Shown piece after piece: positions 39,344 to 49,381 of a stretch of 64,000 bases of DNA. Origin of the DNA: an uncultured Gemmatimonadales bacterium (lineage in GTDB: Bacteria > Gemmatimonadota > Gemmatimonadetes > Longimicrobiales > Longimicrobiaceae); NCBI GenBank assembly GCA_963716255.1, contig OY970303.1, forward strand, positions 4,480,001-4,544,000, given 5' to 3'. Under the pieces are notes generated by a model. It had not been told where the DNA came from and searched no databases. It was given only the letters and a program-made list of their open reading frames with translations. The first letter of the stretch is position 1. Each line of letters opens with the position of its first letter. A program made the position numbers and the translations under genes.

Positions 39344-39500
39344 GGGCCGCTCCGGAGCCGGACGATACAGCCGTCCGTCTCCTGCGCGGGCTCCGGGAGC
39401 CACCGGAAAACTGCCCCGGTGTCTCCCTTCGCCGGAGGGAGCCTCGCCCAACAGCCGGCGAGTCTCCCTCCGAACAGGATCATGTGGGTACTGCGGAACT
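39344..39500 (+). repeat. Family B triple-hairpin repeat
   Basis: Loops ATACAGC, AAACTGC, CAACAGC. Confidence 0.85.
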
Positions 39501-39584
39501 GCAACGGCAACGGCGAATGGCACGGCCCGCCGTTGCGTGCTCCGTTCCGCCGGCCACTCTCGCACTTCGTCTACAGGTGACGCC

Positions 39585-41159
39585 ATGACCTTCCGACGCA
39601 CCGCGGCAGCCGCGGCATTTCTGTGCGCGCTCGCTGCTCCCGCCGGCGCGCAGACGCCCGAGCGCGGCGAGTGGGTGATGCGCCGCGGCGGCGACACCAT
39701 CGCCACGGAAACGTACACGCGCACGGCGGGGCGGCTGCAGGCGGAGCTGGCCCTGCGCATGCCGGTGCTGCGCCAGCGCGCGGACGCGGAGCTGGCGGCG
39801 GACGGCACAGTGCCGCGCATGGCCTTCAGCGCGCTCACCGGGCGCACCGGCGAGGCGGAGCCGGTGGCGAGCGGGAGCGTCGCCTTCCGGGGGGACAGCG
39901 CGGTGGTGGAGGTCCGCGGGCCCGCGGCGGCCCCGGTGCAGCGCTTCGCGCCGGGGCGGGGGGCGCTCCCCTACGTCAACCTGTCCGTCGCGCTGCTGGA
40001 GCAGGCCGTCCGCCGGGCCCGCGCGCTGGGTGGGGGCGGAGCCCGCATTCCCATGCTCAACCTGGCCGGCGGCAACACCTTCACCGCCGTCGTGAGCTTC
40101 CCCTCCGCGGATTCGGCCGTGGTCGCGGTCGGGCCGGTGCTGCTGCGCTTCGCGGCGGACGCCTCCGGGCGGCTGCTGGGCGGGTGCGTCCCCTCGCAGG
40201 GGATCACCATGGAGCGCGCAGGCCGGCCGGTCGATTGCTCGGCGCCCCGGGCGGACTACACCGCGCCCGCCGGCGCGCCCTACCGCGCCGAGGAAGTGAC
40301 GGTGCGCACTCCCTCCGGCATCACCCTGGCGGGGACGCTCACGCTCCCCGCGGGCGCATCCGCAAAGGTGCCCGCCGTGCTGCTGCTCACCGGCTCCGGC
40401 CCGCAGGACCGCGACGAGTCCACCCCGGGGCTGCCGGGGTGGCGCCCCTTCCGGCAGTTCGCGGACACGCTTTCCCGCCGCGGCATCGCCGTGCTGCGGC
40501 TGGACGACCGCGGCGTCGGCGGCTCCGGCGGGAGCGTCAACGCCACCACCCTGCCGGAATTCGCGGAGGACGCCCGCGCCGCCCTGGCCTTCCTGCGCGC
40601 GCGGCCCGAGGTGGACGCCCGGCGGGTGGGGATCGTGGGCCACAGCGAGGGCGGCTACGTGGGGCCCATGGTGGCGGCCGCGGACCCGGCGCTGCGTGCG
40701 CTGGCGCTGGTCGCGGCGCCGGCGCGCACCGGGCGGGCGCTGGTGGACTACCAGAGCCGCCTCGCCATCGAATCCGACAGCACGCTCGCCCCGCGCCTGG
40801 ACTCGCTCCTGGTCATGGCCGCCGCGCAGACCGACTCGCTGGCCGCCGCGAGCCCCTGGTTCGGGTCGCTCCTGGCGCACGACCCGCTCCCCGTCGCGCG
40901 GCGGCTGCGCATGCCCGTGCTGGTCCTCCAGGGGGAGACCGACCGCCAGGTCCCCGCCGCCGAGGCCCCCGCCCTGGCGGCGGCGATCCGCGCCGGCGGC
41001 AACCGCGACGTGGACGTGCGCCTCTTCCTCGGCGTCAACCACCTCCTCCTGCGCGACCCCGACGGAAGCGTCTCGGGCTACGCGGCACTCCCCAGCAAGC
41101 AGGTGGTCCCCGAACTCCTGGGCGCCCTCGCCGACTGGCTGGCGGCGAAGCTGCGGTGA
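39585..41159 (+). CDS. Secreted alpha/beta-fold hydrolase
   Basis: GSGPQDRDE, DDRGVG, GHSEGG nucleophile, QGETDRQV, NHL. Confidence 0.9.
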   Translation: MTFRRTAAAAAFLCALAAPAGAQTPERGEWVMRRGGDTIATETYTRTAGRLQAELALRMPVLRQRADAELAADGTVPRMAFSALTGRTGEAEPVASGSVAFRGDSAVVEVRGPAAAPVQRFAPGRGALPYVNLSVALLEQAVRRARALGGGGARIPMLNLAGGNTFTAVVSFPSADSAVVAVGPVLLRFAADASGRLLGGCVPSQGITMERAGRPVDCSAPRADYTAPAGAPYRAEEVTVRTPSGITLAGTLTLPAGASAKVPAVLLLTGSGPQDRDESTPGLPGWRPFRQFADTLSRRGIAVLRLDDRGVGGSGGSVNATTLPEFAEDARAALAFLRARPEVDARRVGIVGHSEGGYVGPMVAAADPALRALALVAAPARTGRALVDYQSRLAIESDSTLAPRLDSLLVMAAAQTDSLAAASPWFGSLLAHDPLPVARRLRMPVLVLQGETDRQVPAAEAPALAAAIRAGGNRDVDVRLFLGVNHLLLRDPDGSVSGYAALPSKQVVPELLGALADWLAAKLR

Positions 41160-41336
41160 GCACCAGCGGGGTCCACGGTCGGGCCAATCCGCTCGCCCGC
41201 GGACGAGCCGCTTGACTCCGGACCCCGCCGCAGCTATTGGTATGTGGCAGCCCGTGGCGCATCCGGGATGCCGGTTAAATCCCGACACGTATTTTCATGA
41301 CGGCGGCGATCCGACTTTCGCCGATGCCGGGCACCG

Positions 41337-41444
41337 CCCCTGGACCGCGCTCCGCCCGGTCCAGGGGAAGGGGGCCGCGCACGAGCAGGCCGGGGCCGCC
41401 CGGAAGCCAGGCCGGCTCTCTCCTGACGGGAGGGGGCCGTTTTT
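41337..41444 (+). promoter_or_regulatory. Structured thr-operon leader with intrinsic terminator (candidate attenuator)
   Basis: Hairpin 41337-41367; terminator 41413-41444 ending 25 nt before the thrA ATG; GGAAGGGGGCCG (41366-41377) can pair with the terminator 5' arm. Confidence 0.6.
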
Positions 41445-41469
41445 CAGCACCGCCGACGGGAGGCAGGGG

Positions 41470-44040
41470 ATGAGCGGCACGGAGCGTCCGGGGGACGACG
41501 GGGGCGGGGGGCGCCCGCCCGCCAGGCTGGAGGTGCACAAGTTCGGGGGGACCAGCGTCGCGGACGCGGCTCGCCTGGAGACGGCCGTGGAGCGGGCGCT
41601 GCGGGCCGCCGCGGGGGCGCGGGTGGTGGTGGTGTCCTCCGCGCTCGCCGGGGTCACCAGCGCGCTGGCGGAGGCCGCCTCCGCCGCGCTGCGGGGCGAT
41701 GTGGCGCTGGCGCTGGACACCGCGGAGGAGCTGCGGCTGCGCCACGAGCGCGTGCTTGCCGACCTGGCCGGCGGCGACGGGGGCGAAGTGCTGGACGAGC
41801 TGCGGGCGCTCGCGGCCGCGCTCGCCGGGTGGCTCCGCTCCGTGGGCGCACTGGGCGAGCTGACGCCGCGGGTCCGCGATCGCATCCTCGCCGTGGGCGA
41901 GAAGCTGGCCGTGCGCCTGTTCGCCGTGGCGCTCCGGCGCGCCGGAGCGCGCGCGGTGCCGCTGGACGCCGACGAGTTCCTGGAGACCGACGACCGCTTC
42001 GGCGAGGCCGGCGTGCTCCCCGGCGTCACCGACGCCGTGGTGCGCTCCGCGCTGGCGGCGCGCCTGGAGCGCGGCGAAGTGCCCGTGGTCACCGGATTCG
42101 TGGGGTGCGCGCCGGACGGCTCCACCACCACGCTGGGGCGCGGCGGCTCCGACCTGACCGCCACCGTGCTGGCCGCCGCGCTCGGCGCCGACGAGGTCAC
42201 CATCTGGACTGACGTCGACGGCGTCCTCACCGCCGACCCGCGGGTGGTCCCCGGGGCACAGGGCATCCGGCAGCTCAACTTCCGCGAAGCCACCGAGCTG
42301 TCCTTCTACGGGGCCCGGGTGCTCCACCCGCGCACCATCCTCCCGGTGGCGTCGCACGGCATCCCCGTCCGCATCCGCGACACCTTCACGGCCGGCGAGG
42401 GGACCGTCGTGGACGGGCGCTTCACCCCGGGCTCGCACCCGGTGAAGGCCATCAGCGCGGCGGCGGCGCAGGCGCTGGTCACGGTGGAGGGCAAGGGGAT
42501 GGCCGGCGTCCCCGGGGTGGCGGCGCGCGTCTTCGGGGCGCTCGCCCGCCGCGGGATCAGCGTCACCATGATCTCGCAGTCCAGCTCCGAGGCGTCCATC
42601 ACCCTGGTGGTCCCCGCCCACGACGCCATCGACGCCGAGCTGGCGCTGAAGCGCGAGTTCCGGGCGGACATCACCCACGGCGAGGTGGACGAGGTCGCCG
42701 TCCGGCCGGGGGTGGGCGTGGTGGCCGCAGTAGGGCTGGGGATGGCGGAGACGCCGGGGGTGGCGGGGCGGGTCTTCGGCGCGCTGGCGCGGCGGGGGAT
42801 CAGCGTGCACGCCATCGCCCAGGGAGCCTCCGAGATGAACATCTCCTTCGCCGTGGACGACCGGGCGGTGCCGGAGGCCATCCGCGCGCTGCACGACGCC
42901 TTCGGGCTCCACCGGCTGGACACCGGCGAGGACGGAGGCGAGCGCATCGACCTGCTGCTGATGGGGCCCGGCAGCGTGGGGCGCGCGCTGGCCGGGCTGC
43001 TCCTGGAGCGCAGCGCCCACCTGTTCCGTCGCTTCGGGCTGCGGGCGCGGGTGGTGGCCGTGGCGGACCGCAGCGGCTACCTGCTGGAGCCCGGCGGCAT
43101 CGCCCCCGAGGCGCTGCGCGCGGCCGTGGAGGCCAAGGCGGCGGGGCGGAGCCTGGCCTCGCTGGGCGGCGCACCCGGCCACGCCGCCGTGATGGTGCGC
43201 GACGCGCTGCGCTACCGCCTCGCCCGCCCGGTGCTGGTGGATACCTCCGCGTACCCCGAATCGGCCGAGGTCTTCCGCGAGGCGCTGCGGCTGGGGTGCG
43301 ACGTGGTGACCGCCAACAAGGCGCCGCTGGCCGGGCCGCTGGAGGGCTTCCGCTCGCTGCTCGCGGATGCCGAGGAGCGGGGCCGCATCGTGCGCGCCGA
43401 GGCCACCGTGGGCGCCGGGCTCCCGGTCATGGACACGCTGGAGATGCTGCTGGCCACCGGCGACCGGCTGCTGGAGGTGGAGGGGGCCCTCTCCGGGACG
43501 CTGGGCTTCGTGATGACGATGCTGGAGGAAGGGGCGCTCCTTTCCGAAGCGGTGGAGGAGGCCATGCGCCGCGGCTACACCGAGCCGGACCCGGTGGCCG
43601 ACCTGTCCGGCGCGGACGTGGGGCGAAAGGCCACCATCCTGGGGCGGCTCTCCGGCCTGGTGCGCTCCGACGTCCCCCTGCGCCTGGCCGGGCTGGTGGA
43701 TCCCGCGCTGGCGGGGATGGAGCCGGACGCCTTCCTGGCCCGGCTGCGCGACTTCGACGCTCCCATGCAGGAGCGGGTGGACGCCGCGCGACGCGAGGGC
43801 CGGGTGCTCCGCTACCTGGCCCGCGTGGGGCCGGACTCGCTGGACGTGGGGCTCGCCGCGGTCCCGGCCGACTCGCCGCCGGGCGCGCTCCGGGGGACCG
43901 ACAACCTGATCCTCTTCCGCTCGGAGCGCTACGCCGCCCGCCCGCTGGTGGTCACCGGGCCGGGCGCCGGGGTGGAGGTGACGGCCATGGGAGTGCTGGC
44001 GGACATCATGCGCATCGCCGCGGAACGGAGGCCGTCATGA
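41470..44040 (+). CDS. thrA: Bifunctional aspartate kinase/homoserine dehydrogenase
   Basis: [15 protein letters not shown], two ACT domains, [25 protein letters not shown]. Confidence 0.93.
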   Translation: MSGTERPGDDGGGGRPPARLEVHKFGGTSVADAARLETAVERALRAAAGARVVVVSSALAGVTSALAEAASAALRGDVALALDTAEELRLRHERVLADLAGGDGGEVLDELRALAAALAGWLRSVGALGELTPRVRDRILAVGEKLAVRLFAVALRRAGARAVPLDADEFLETDDRFGEAGVLPGVTDAVVRSALAARLERGEVPVVTGFVGCAPDGSTTTLGRGGSDLTATVLAAALGADEVTIWTDVDGVLTADPRVVPGAQGIRQLNFREATELSFYGARVLHPRTILPVASHGIPVRIRDTFTAGEGTVVDGRFTPGSHPVKAISAAAAQALVTVEGKGMAGVPGVAARVFGALARRGISVTMISQSSSEASITLVVPAHDAIDAELALKREFRADITHGEVDEVAVRPGVGVVAAVGLGMAETPGVAGRVFGALARRGISVHAIAQGASEMNISFAVDDRAVPEAIRALHDAFGLHRLDTGEDGGERIDLLLMGPGSVGRALAGLLLERSAHLFRRFGLRARVVAVADRSGYLLEPGGIAPEALRAAVEAKAAGRSLASLGGAPGHAAVMVRDALRYRLARPVLVDTSAYPESAEVFREALRLGCDVVTANKAPLAGPLEGFRSLLADAEERGRIVRAEATVGAGLPVMDTLEMLLATGDRLLEVEGALSGTLGFVMTMLEEGALLSEAVEEAMRRGYTEPDPVADLSGADVGRKATILGRLSGLVRSDVPLRLAGLVDPALAGMEPDAFLARLRDFDAPMQERVDAARREGRVLRYLARVGPDSLDVGLAAVPADSPPGALRGTDNLILFRSERYAARPLVVTGPGAGVEVTAMGVLADIMRIAAERRPS

Positions 44041-44978
44041 GGGGAGCGCATCGCGAGGAGGTCAGGGTGTTCGCGCCGGCCACCGTGTCCAACCTGGGCT
44101 CCGGCTTCGACGTGCTGGGGCTGGCGGTGCGCGCGCCGGGCGACACGGTGGTCGCGCGGCGCGCGGCGGGGAGCGGGGTGCGCATCGTCCGCATCGAGGG
44201 CGACGGCGGGGCGCTCCCCCGCGAGGCCGCCGCCAACACCGCCGGCGTGGCCGCGGCGGCCACGCTCCGGCGCGCGGGGATCGACGTGGGGGTGGAGCTG
44301 GAGATCCTCAAGGGGATGCCCATCGGCACCGGGCTGGGGAGCTCGGCCGCGAGCGCCGTGGCGGCCGCCCTGGCCGTGAACCTCCTGGTGGGCTCGCCGC
44401 TGCGCAAGGCGGAGCTGGTGGGGCCGTGCGTGGAGGCCGAGGGCGCGGTGTCCGGCCGCCACGCCGACAACGTCGCCCCGGCGCTGCTGGGCGGGCTGGT
44501 GCTGGTGCGCTCGGCCAGCCCGGCGGAGCTGGTGAGGCTCCCCGTGCCGCCGGGGATGATGGTGGTGGTGGTCACCCCCGCCTTCGAGCTGTCCACCCGT
44601 CTGGCGCGCGAGGCGCTCCCCCTGCAGGTTCCCCTCGGGGAGATGGTGAGCAACACCGCCGCAATCGCCACGCTGGTGGCCGCCTGCTACGCGGGCGACG
44701 CCGCGCTCTTCGGGCTGGGTGCCGTGGACCGCACGGTGACGCCGGTGCGCGCGCGCCTGATCCCCGGGTGCGAGGCGGTCATGGCCGCCGCCATGGCCGC
44801 CGGGGCGCTGGGCAGCTCCATCAGCGGTTCCGGCCCGTCGGTGTTCGCGCTCTCCCACTCCCCGCGCCGCGCCGAGACCATCGCACGCGCCATGACGGCC
44901 GCGTTCCGCGACGCGGGCGGGCTGGAGTCCACCTTCCTGATCTCCCCGGCGGACTGTCCGGGAGCGAGGCGCGTATGA
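44037..44978 (+). CDS. thrB: Homoserine kinase
   Basis: PATVSNLGSGFDVLG, PIGTGLGSSAAS, HADNVAPA, ISGSGPS. Confidence 0.95.
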   Translation: MRGAHREEVRVFAPATVSNLGSGFDVLGLAVRAPGDTVVARRAAGSGVRIVRIEGDGGALPREAAANTAGVAAAATLRRAGIDVGVELEILKGMPIGTGLGSSAASAVAAALAVNLLVGSPLRKAELVGPCVEAEGAVSGRHADNVAPALLGGLVLVRSASPAELVRLPVPPGMMVVVVTPAFELSTRLAREALPLQVPLGEMVSNTAAIATLVAACYAGDAALFGLGAVDRTVTPVRARLIPGCEAVMAAAMAAGALGSSISGSGPSVFALSHSPRRAETIARAMTAAFRDAGGLESTFLISPADCPGARRV

Positions 44979-46267
44979 GCGGTGCCGCGACCCCCGGCGT
45001 CCCCTGGACGCTGCGCTGCGTGGAGTGCGCGGCGGAGTACGCGGGGCTGGAGCCGCGCCATCGCTGCGATTGCGGTGGCACGCTGGACGTGGAGCACGAC
45101 ACCTCCGCCCTGCGGGGCCCCGAGCTTCGCGACCTGTGGGAGCGGCGTCTGGGCTCGCGCGCGCCGCTGGACCGCTCCGGGGTGTGGCGCTTCCGCGAGC
45201 TGGTGCTGCCGCTGGAGCCGGAGTTCGTCGCCACCCGGCAGGAAGGGGGAACGCCGTTGTACGACGCGCCCCGCGTGGCCGCCTACGCCGGGCTGGACGC
45301 GCTGCGGCTCAAGCACGAGGGGGAGAACCCCACCGGCTCCTTCAAGGACCGCGGGATGACGGCCGGGGTGAGCGTGGCGCGCCGCCTGGGGATGACGCGC
45401 GTGGCGTGCGCATCCACCGGGAACACCTCCGCCTCCATGGCCGCGTACGCCGCCGCCGCGGGTATCGAGGCGCGGGTCTACATCCCCGAGGGAAAGATCT
45501 CGTACAGCAAGCTGGCGCAGGCGCTGGCGTACGGCGCCCGGGTGGTGCAGGTGGCGGGGAGCTTCGACGACGCCATGCGGCGGGTGGAGGCCGTCTGCGC
45601 CGACGAGGGCATCTACCTGCTCAACTCGGTGAACCCCTTCCGCATCGAGGGGCAGAAGGCCATCGGCTTCGAGCTCCTCCAGGACCTGGGGTGGGAGGTG
45701 CCGGACTGGATCGTCCTTCCCGGCGGCAACCTGGGGAACAGCGCCGCGCTCTGGAAGGCCCTCCGCGAGCTGCACGTCCTGGGGATGATCGACCGGCTGC
45801 CGCGCATCGCCGTGGTGCAGGCCGAGGGCGCGAGCCCGCTGTACGACGCGTGGCGGAGCGGCGCCGACCTCGTTCCCACCGCACACCCGGAAACGCTGGC
45901 CACGGCAATCCGCATCGGCAGCCCGGTGTCGTGGCGCAAGAGCCTGCGCGGGGTCCTCGCCACCGGCGGTGTGGTGGAGCGCGTCACCGACCAGGAGATC
46001 ATGGACGCAAAGGCGCAGGTGGACGCGGCCGGCATCGGCGCGGAGCCGGCGTCGTGCGCCACGGTGGCGGGGATCCGCAGGCTGGTCGCCGCGGGCACCA
46101 TCCGCCCCGACGCGCGGGTGTGCGCCATCCTCACCGGGCACCTCCTCAAGGACCCGGACGCGGTGGTCCGCTACCACCGCGGCGAGCTGGAGGGGATCGC
46201 CCCCACCTTCGCGAACCTCCCGGTGCACGCGGAGGTTGACGGCGGCGCCGGTGCGGGTGTATCGTAG
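44975..46267 (+). CDS. thrC: Threonine synthase
   Basis: ENPTGSFKDRG, ASTGNTSAS, NSVNPFRIEGQK, PGGNLGN, LTGHLLKDP. Confidence 0.95.
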   Translation: MSGAATPGVPWTLRCVECAAEYAGLEPRHRCDCGGTLDVEHDTSALRGPELRDLWERRLGSRAPLDRSGVWRFRELVLPLEPEFVATRQEGGTPLYDAPRVAAYAGLDALRLKHEGENPTGSFKDRGMTAGVSVARRLGMTRVACASTGNTSASMAAYAAAAGIEARVYIPEGKISYSKLAQALAYGARVVQVAGSFDDAMRRVEAVCADEGIYLLNSVNPFRIEGQKAIGFELLQDLGWEVPDWIVLPGGNLGNSAALWKALRELHVLGMIDRLPRIAVVQAEGASPLYDAWRSGADLVPTAHPETLATAIRIGSPVSWRKSLRGVLATGGVVERVTDQEIMDAKAQVDAAGIGAEPASCATVAGIRRLVAAGTIRPDARVCAILTGHLLKDPDAVVRYHRGELEGIAPTFANLPVHAEVDGGAGAGVS

Positions 46268-46307
46268 AAAAGAAGACTGACGCAAACCGGACGCACCGCA
46301 TCGCCAG

Positions 46308-46391
46308 ATGACCGCGCTCTTCCTCAATCGCAACGTCAATCGCAATCCGCCCTCCCCGAGGAGTCGCGGCTGGGGTTGTCCGTTGCCATAG
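46308..46391 (+). CDS. Putative asnB leader peptide MTALFLNRNVNRNPPSPRSRGWGCPLP (4 Asn codons)
   Basis: 27-aa ORF with Asn codons at 46326, 46332, 46338, 46344, directly upstream of a terminator and asnB. Confidence 0.7.
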   Translation: MTALFLNRNVNRNPPSPRSRGWGCPLP

Positions 46392-46450
46392 CGGAACGAC
46401 GCACCCGGTAGCCGAAGCGGCTCCTCGATCACCGAGGGGCCGCTTTTTTT
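46357..46450 (+). promoter_or_regulatory. Antiterminator/terminator switch of the asnB attenuator
   Basis: Terminator AAGCGGCTCCTCG-ATCAC-CGAGGGGCCGC-T7 (46415-46450); CGAGGAGTCGC (46357-46367) pairs 11/11 (one G-U) with 46417-46427. Confidence 0.8.
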
Positions 46451-46505
46451 CGTCGCCGTTCCCCGGTCCGGGGGGCGGCCCACCGCCCTCCCCGGAGCGT
46501 GACCC

Positions 46506-48170
46506 ATGTGCTCGATCCTCGCCGTCCTGGAAATCAAGAGCGACCCCGCCGTGCTGCGCGCCCGCGCGCTCCGCCTCAGCCGGCTCCAGCGCCACCGCGG
46601 CCCCGACTGGTCCGGGGTCTGGGCCACCGACGACGCCGTCCTGGCGCACGAGCGGCTGGCCATCGTGGACGTGCTGCACGGCGCCCAGCCGCTGCTGGAC
46701 CCGGGCGGCACCGTCGCGCTGGCCGTGAACGGCGAGATCTACAACCACCGCGAGCTGCGCGCCTCGCTGGCGGAGCCCTACGCCTTCGCCACCGAGTCGG
46801 ACTGCGAGGTGATCCTGGCGCTGTACCGCGAGCACGGCGCCGATTTCCTGGACCGGCTGAACGGGATCTTCGCCTTCGTCCTGTACGACGCCGCGCGCCG
46901 CCGCTACCTGGTGGCCCGCGACCACCTGGGGATCGTGCCGCTGTACACCGGCCGCGACGAGGAGGGCAACCTGTACGTGGCCTCGGAGATGAAGGCGCTG
47001 GTCCCCGTCTGCCGCACGGTGGAGGAGTTTCCCGCGGGGCACGTGCTGGACAGCGAGGCCGGCGAGCCGCGCCCGTGGTACCGCCGCGCCTGGCGCGACT
47101 TCGAGGCGGTGCGCGGCGGCCCCGCGGAGCCGGCGCTGCTGCGCGAGGCGCTGGAGGCCGCCGTGAAGCGCCAGCTGATGACCGACGTGCCCTACGGCGT
47201 GCTCCTGTCCGGCGGGCTGGACTCGTCCATCATCGCCGCCGCCGCAAAGCGCTTCGCGGACCGGCGGGTGGAGGAGGAGGGGCGGAGCGAAGCGTGGTGG
47301 CCGCGGCTGCACTCCTTCGCCATCGGGCTGGAGGGGGCGCCGGACCTGCGCGCCGCCCGCGAGGCCGCGGAGCACATCGGCACGGTGCACCACGAGTTCC
47401 ACTTCACCGTGCAGGAGGGGATCGACGCGCTCTCCGACGTGGTCCACCACCTGGAAACGTACGACGTCACCACCGTGCGCGCGGCGACGCCCATGTACCT
47501 CATGGCCCGCCGCATCCGCGCCATGGGGATCAAGATGGTGCTTTCGGGCGAGGGCGCGGACGAGATCTTCGGCGGCTACCTGTACTTCCACCGGGCGCCG
47601 GACGCCCGCTCGTTCCACGCGGAAACCATCCGCAAGCTGGACCGCCTGCACCTGTACGACTGCCTGCGCGCCAACAAGGCCATGGCGGCGTGGGGCGTGG
47701 AGGCGCGCGTGCCCTTCCTGGACAAGGAGTTCCTGGACGTGGCCATGGGCGTGGACCCGGCGGCCAAGATGGCGGGGCCCGGCCGCATGGAGAAGCACCT
47801 GCTGCGCGAGGCGTTCGCGGACGCGCTCCCGGCGTCCATCGCCTGGCGGCAGAAGGAGCAGTTCTCGGACGGCGTGGGCTACGGGTGGATCGACTCGCTG
47901 CGGGCCCACGCCGAGGCGCAGGTGAGCGACCGGGAGCTGGCGGGGGCGCACTTCCGCTTCCCGCACAACACGCCGGCCACCAAGGAAGCGTACTTCTACC
48001 GCTCGCTCTTCGCCGAGCACTTTCCGCTGGACGCGTGCGCGGAGTGCGTGCCGGGCGGGCCCTCGGTGGCGTGCAGCACGCCCGAGGCGCTGGCGTGGGA
48101 CGCGTCGCTCGCCGCCGTGACGGATCCGTCCGGGCGGGCGGTGCGGGGGGTGCACGTGAGTGCATACTGA
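46506..48170 (+). CDS. asnB: Asparagine synthetase B (glutamine-hydrolysing)
   Basis: N-terminal MC, RHRGPDWSG, NGEIYNH, LLSGGLDSS, SGEGADE, EARVPFLD. Confidence 0.97.
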   Translation: MCSILAVLEIKSDPAVLRARALRLSRLQRHRGPDWSGVWATDDAVLAHERLAIVDVLHGAQPLLDPGGTVALAVNGEIYNHRELRASLAEPYAFATESDCEVILALYREHGADFLDRLNGIFAFVLYDAARRRYLVARDHLGIVPLYTGRDEEGNLYVASEMKALVPVCRTVEEFPAGHVLDSEAGEPRPWYRRAWRDFEAVRGGPAEPALLREALEAAVKRQLMTDVPYGVLLSGGLDSSIIAAAAKRFADRRVEEEGRSEAWWPRLHSFAIGLEGAPDLRAAREAAEHIGTVHHEFHFTVQEGIDALSDVVHHLETYDVTTVRAATPMYLMARRIRAMGIKMVLSGEGADEIFGGYLYFHRAPDARSFHAETIRKLDRLHLYDCLRANKAMAAWGVEARVPFLDKEFLDVAMGVDPAAKMAGPGRMEKHLLREAFADALPASIAWRQKEQFSDGVGYGWIDSLRAHAEAQVSDRELAGAHFRFPHNTPATKEAYFYRSLFAEHFPLDACAECVPGGPSVACSTPEALAWDASLAAVTDPSGRAVRGVHVSAY

Positions 48171-48209
48171 TCTTTGAGTTCGGCTACGGCTGCGGCGGGT
48201 CGAACGGCC

Positions 48210-48350
48210 GGGTTGGGGCGTGCCCCCGGCTGGCGCCGGGGTCGGGCTTCGGCTCCGTAGGGCTGCAAACAACGCAGCCCAACGGAGTCGAGCCCCGCGA
48301 AACTGCCCGCGGGTCTCGCCCCTCCGGGCCGGAATCCCTCACGCGACGGC
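48210..48350 (+). repeat. Family A hairpin repeat
   Basis: Central stem GGGCTGC-AAACAAC-GCAGCCC; followed by CCCCTCCCCCGC..GCGGGAGAGGGG hairpin. Confidence 0.85.
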
Positions 48351-48538
48351 AGGCCCCCTCCCCCGCAAGCGGGAGAGGGGGAGCACTGCCCTCGTCCGAG
48401 GGCGCGCTTCCGCCGTCCGCACCGAACGCCGTGTGGCGTACCGACCGCCGACCCGGCTGAACGGCGAGGGGTCCGGCCGCCGTGGCCGGACCCTTCCGCC
48501 GCTCGCTCTCCCGCGCCGACTCTCGGGCGGGGCGGCCG

Positions 48539-49084
48539 CTACTTCGTCGGGCCGTGTTCCGCGACCTGGCCGCGGATCTCGCCGGCGGGCAGCTGCACCG
48601 TGTGCACGTTGACGTACGCGTTGCCCGTGCGCATGGCCGCCAGCAGCTCCGCCATGGTCCCGCCGAAGCCGATCGCGGGGCGGGGGATCAGGTTCGGCTG
48701 CGTGATCGTTCCCTCCGCCAGCACGCCGTTCTCCGTCACGCCGCCGGCCACGAAGCCGAACAGGAAGACCACGACGGGCCCGTTCACGCCCCTCGGGGCG
48801 ATGTGGATGTGCGACTGCGTCACGTTCTCGATGTTCGCCACGATCAGCTTGTACTGCAGCGAGGTGCCGTCCTTGCTCAGCCAGAACTGCGCGTGCCCGC
48901 GGCCCTGCGAGTCGTTGGCCGGGACCTCCTCGCCGCCCGACAGGTTCGCGCCGAAGTTCTTGGACTCGTGCTTGTTGAAGACCACCGGGATCTCCAGCGG
49001 CGACGCTTCGGTGGGAGTGTCGGGAGCGCAGCCGGCGGCGAGGGCGGAGAGCACGAGCGCGGTGGAGACGGTGAGCAGACGCAT
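48539..49084 (-). CDS. CHRD domain lipoprotein
   Basis: Lipobox AAGC; LSGGEEVP, HIH..PRGVNGPVV, YVNVHT..PAGEIRGQ. Confidence 0.9.
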   Translation of the reverse strand: MRLLTVSTALVLSALAAGCAPDTPTEASPLEIPVVFNKHESKNFGANLSGGEEVPANDSQGRGHAQFWLSKDGTSLQYKLIVANIENVTQSHIHIAPRGVNGPVVVFLFGFVAGGVTENGVLAEGTITQPNLIPRPAIGFGGTMAELLAAMRTGNAYVNVHTVQLPAGEIRGQVAEHGPTK

Positions 49085-49381
49085 ACTCCCTCCTGGGCAG
49101 GAGGCGACCGCGAGGACCCGCGGCCGGGTGGAGCGGGAATGGCGAACCCCGCCCGGCGCGGCATCTTCCGCGCCGGACACCGGCCGCCACCCCAGAGGTC
49201 GTATCACGAATGCGCGCCGCGGCGGAAAAGTTCCCGGGGGCCGCACGCGCCGGCCGCGGCGGTCTCACCCGGGCAAACCCGGCGCCCGCTCGCTTCGGGC
49301 ATGCCACCCTCCGCCGGGGATCTCCGAGGTCCGCGGACCTTTCTGCGGTTTCCGGAGGCCGGCATGTCCTGCCCCCGACGC

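Noticed and set aside
41260..41420. Cobalamin riboswitch or T-box in the thrA leader (GGGAAGG, AAGCCAGG, TGGACCGCG fragments)
   Set aside because: Core elements are missing (no CCCGCnACTGT, no GGTGGnACC with specifier stem), so the matches could be chance. Kept only as an unclassified leader.
40696..41469. N-terminal extension of ThrA to 1114 aa in the ORF track
   Set aside because: Overlaps the hydrolase gene and crosses a terminator; the kinase motif begins just after ATG 41470.
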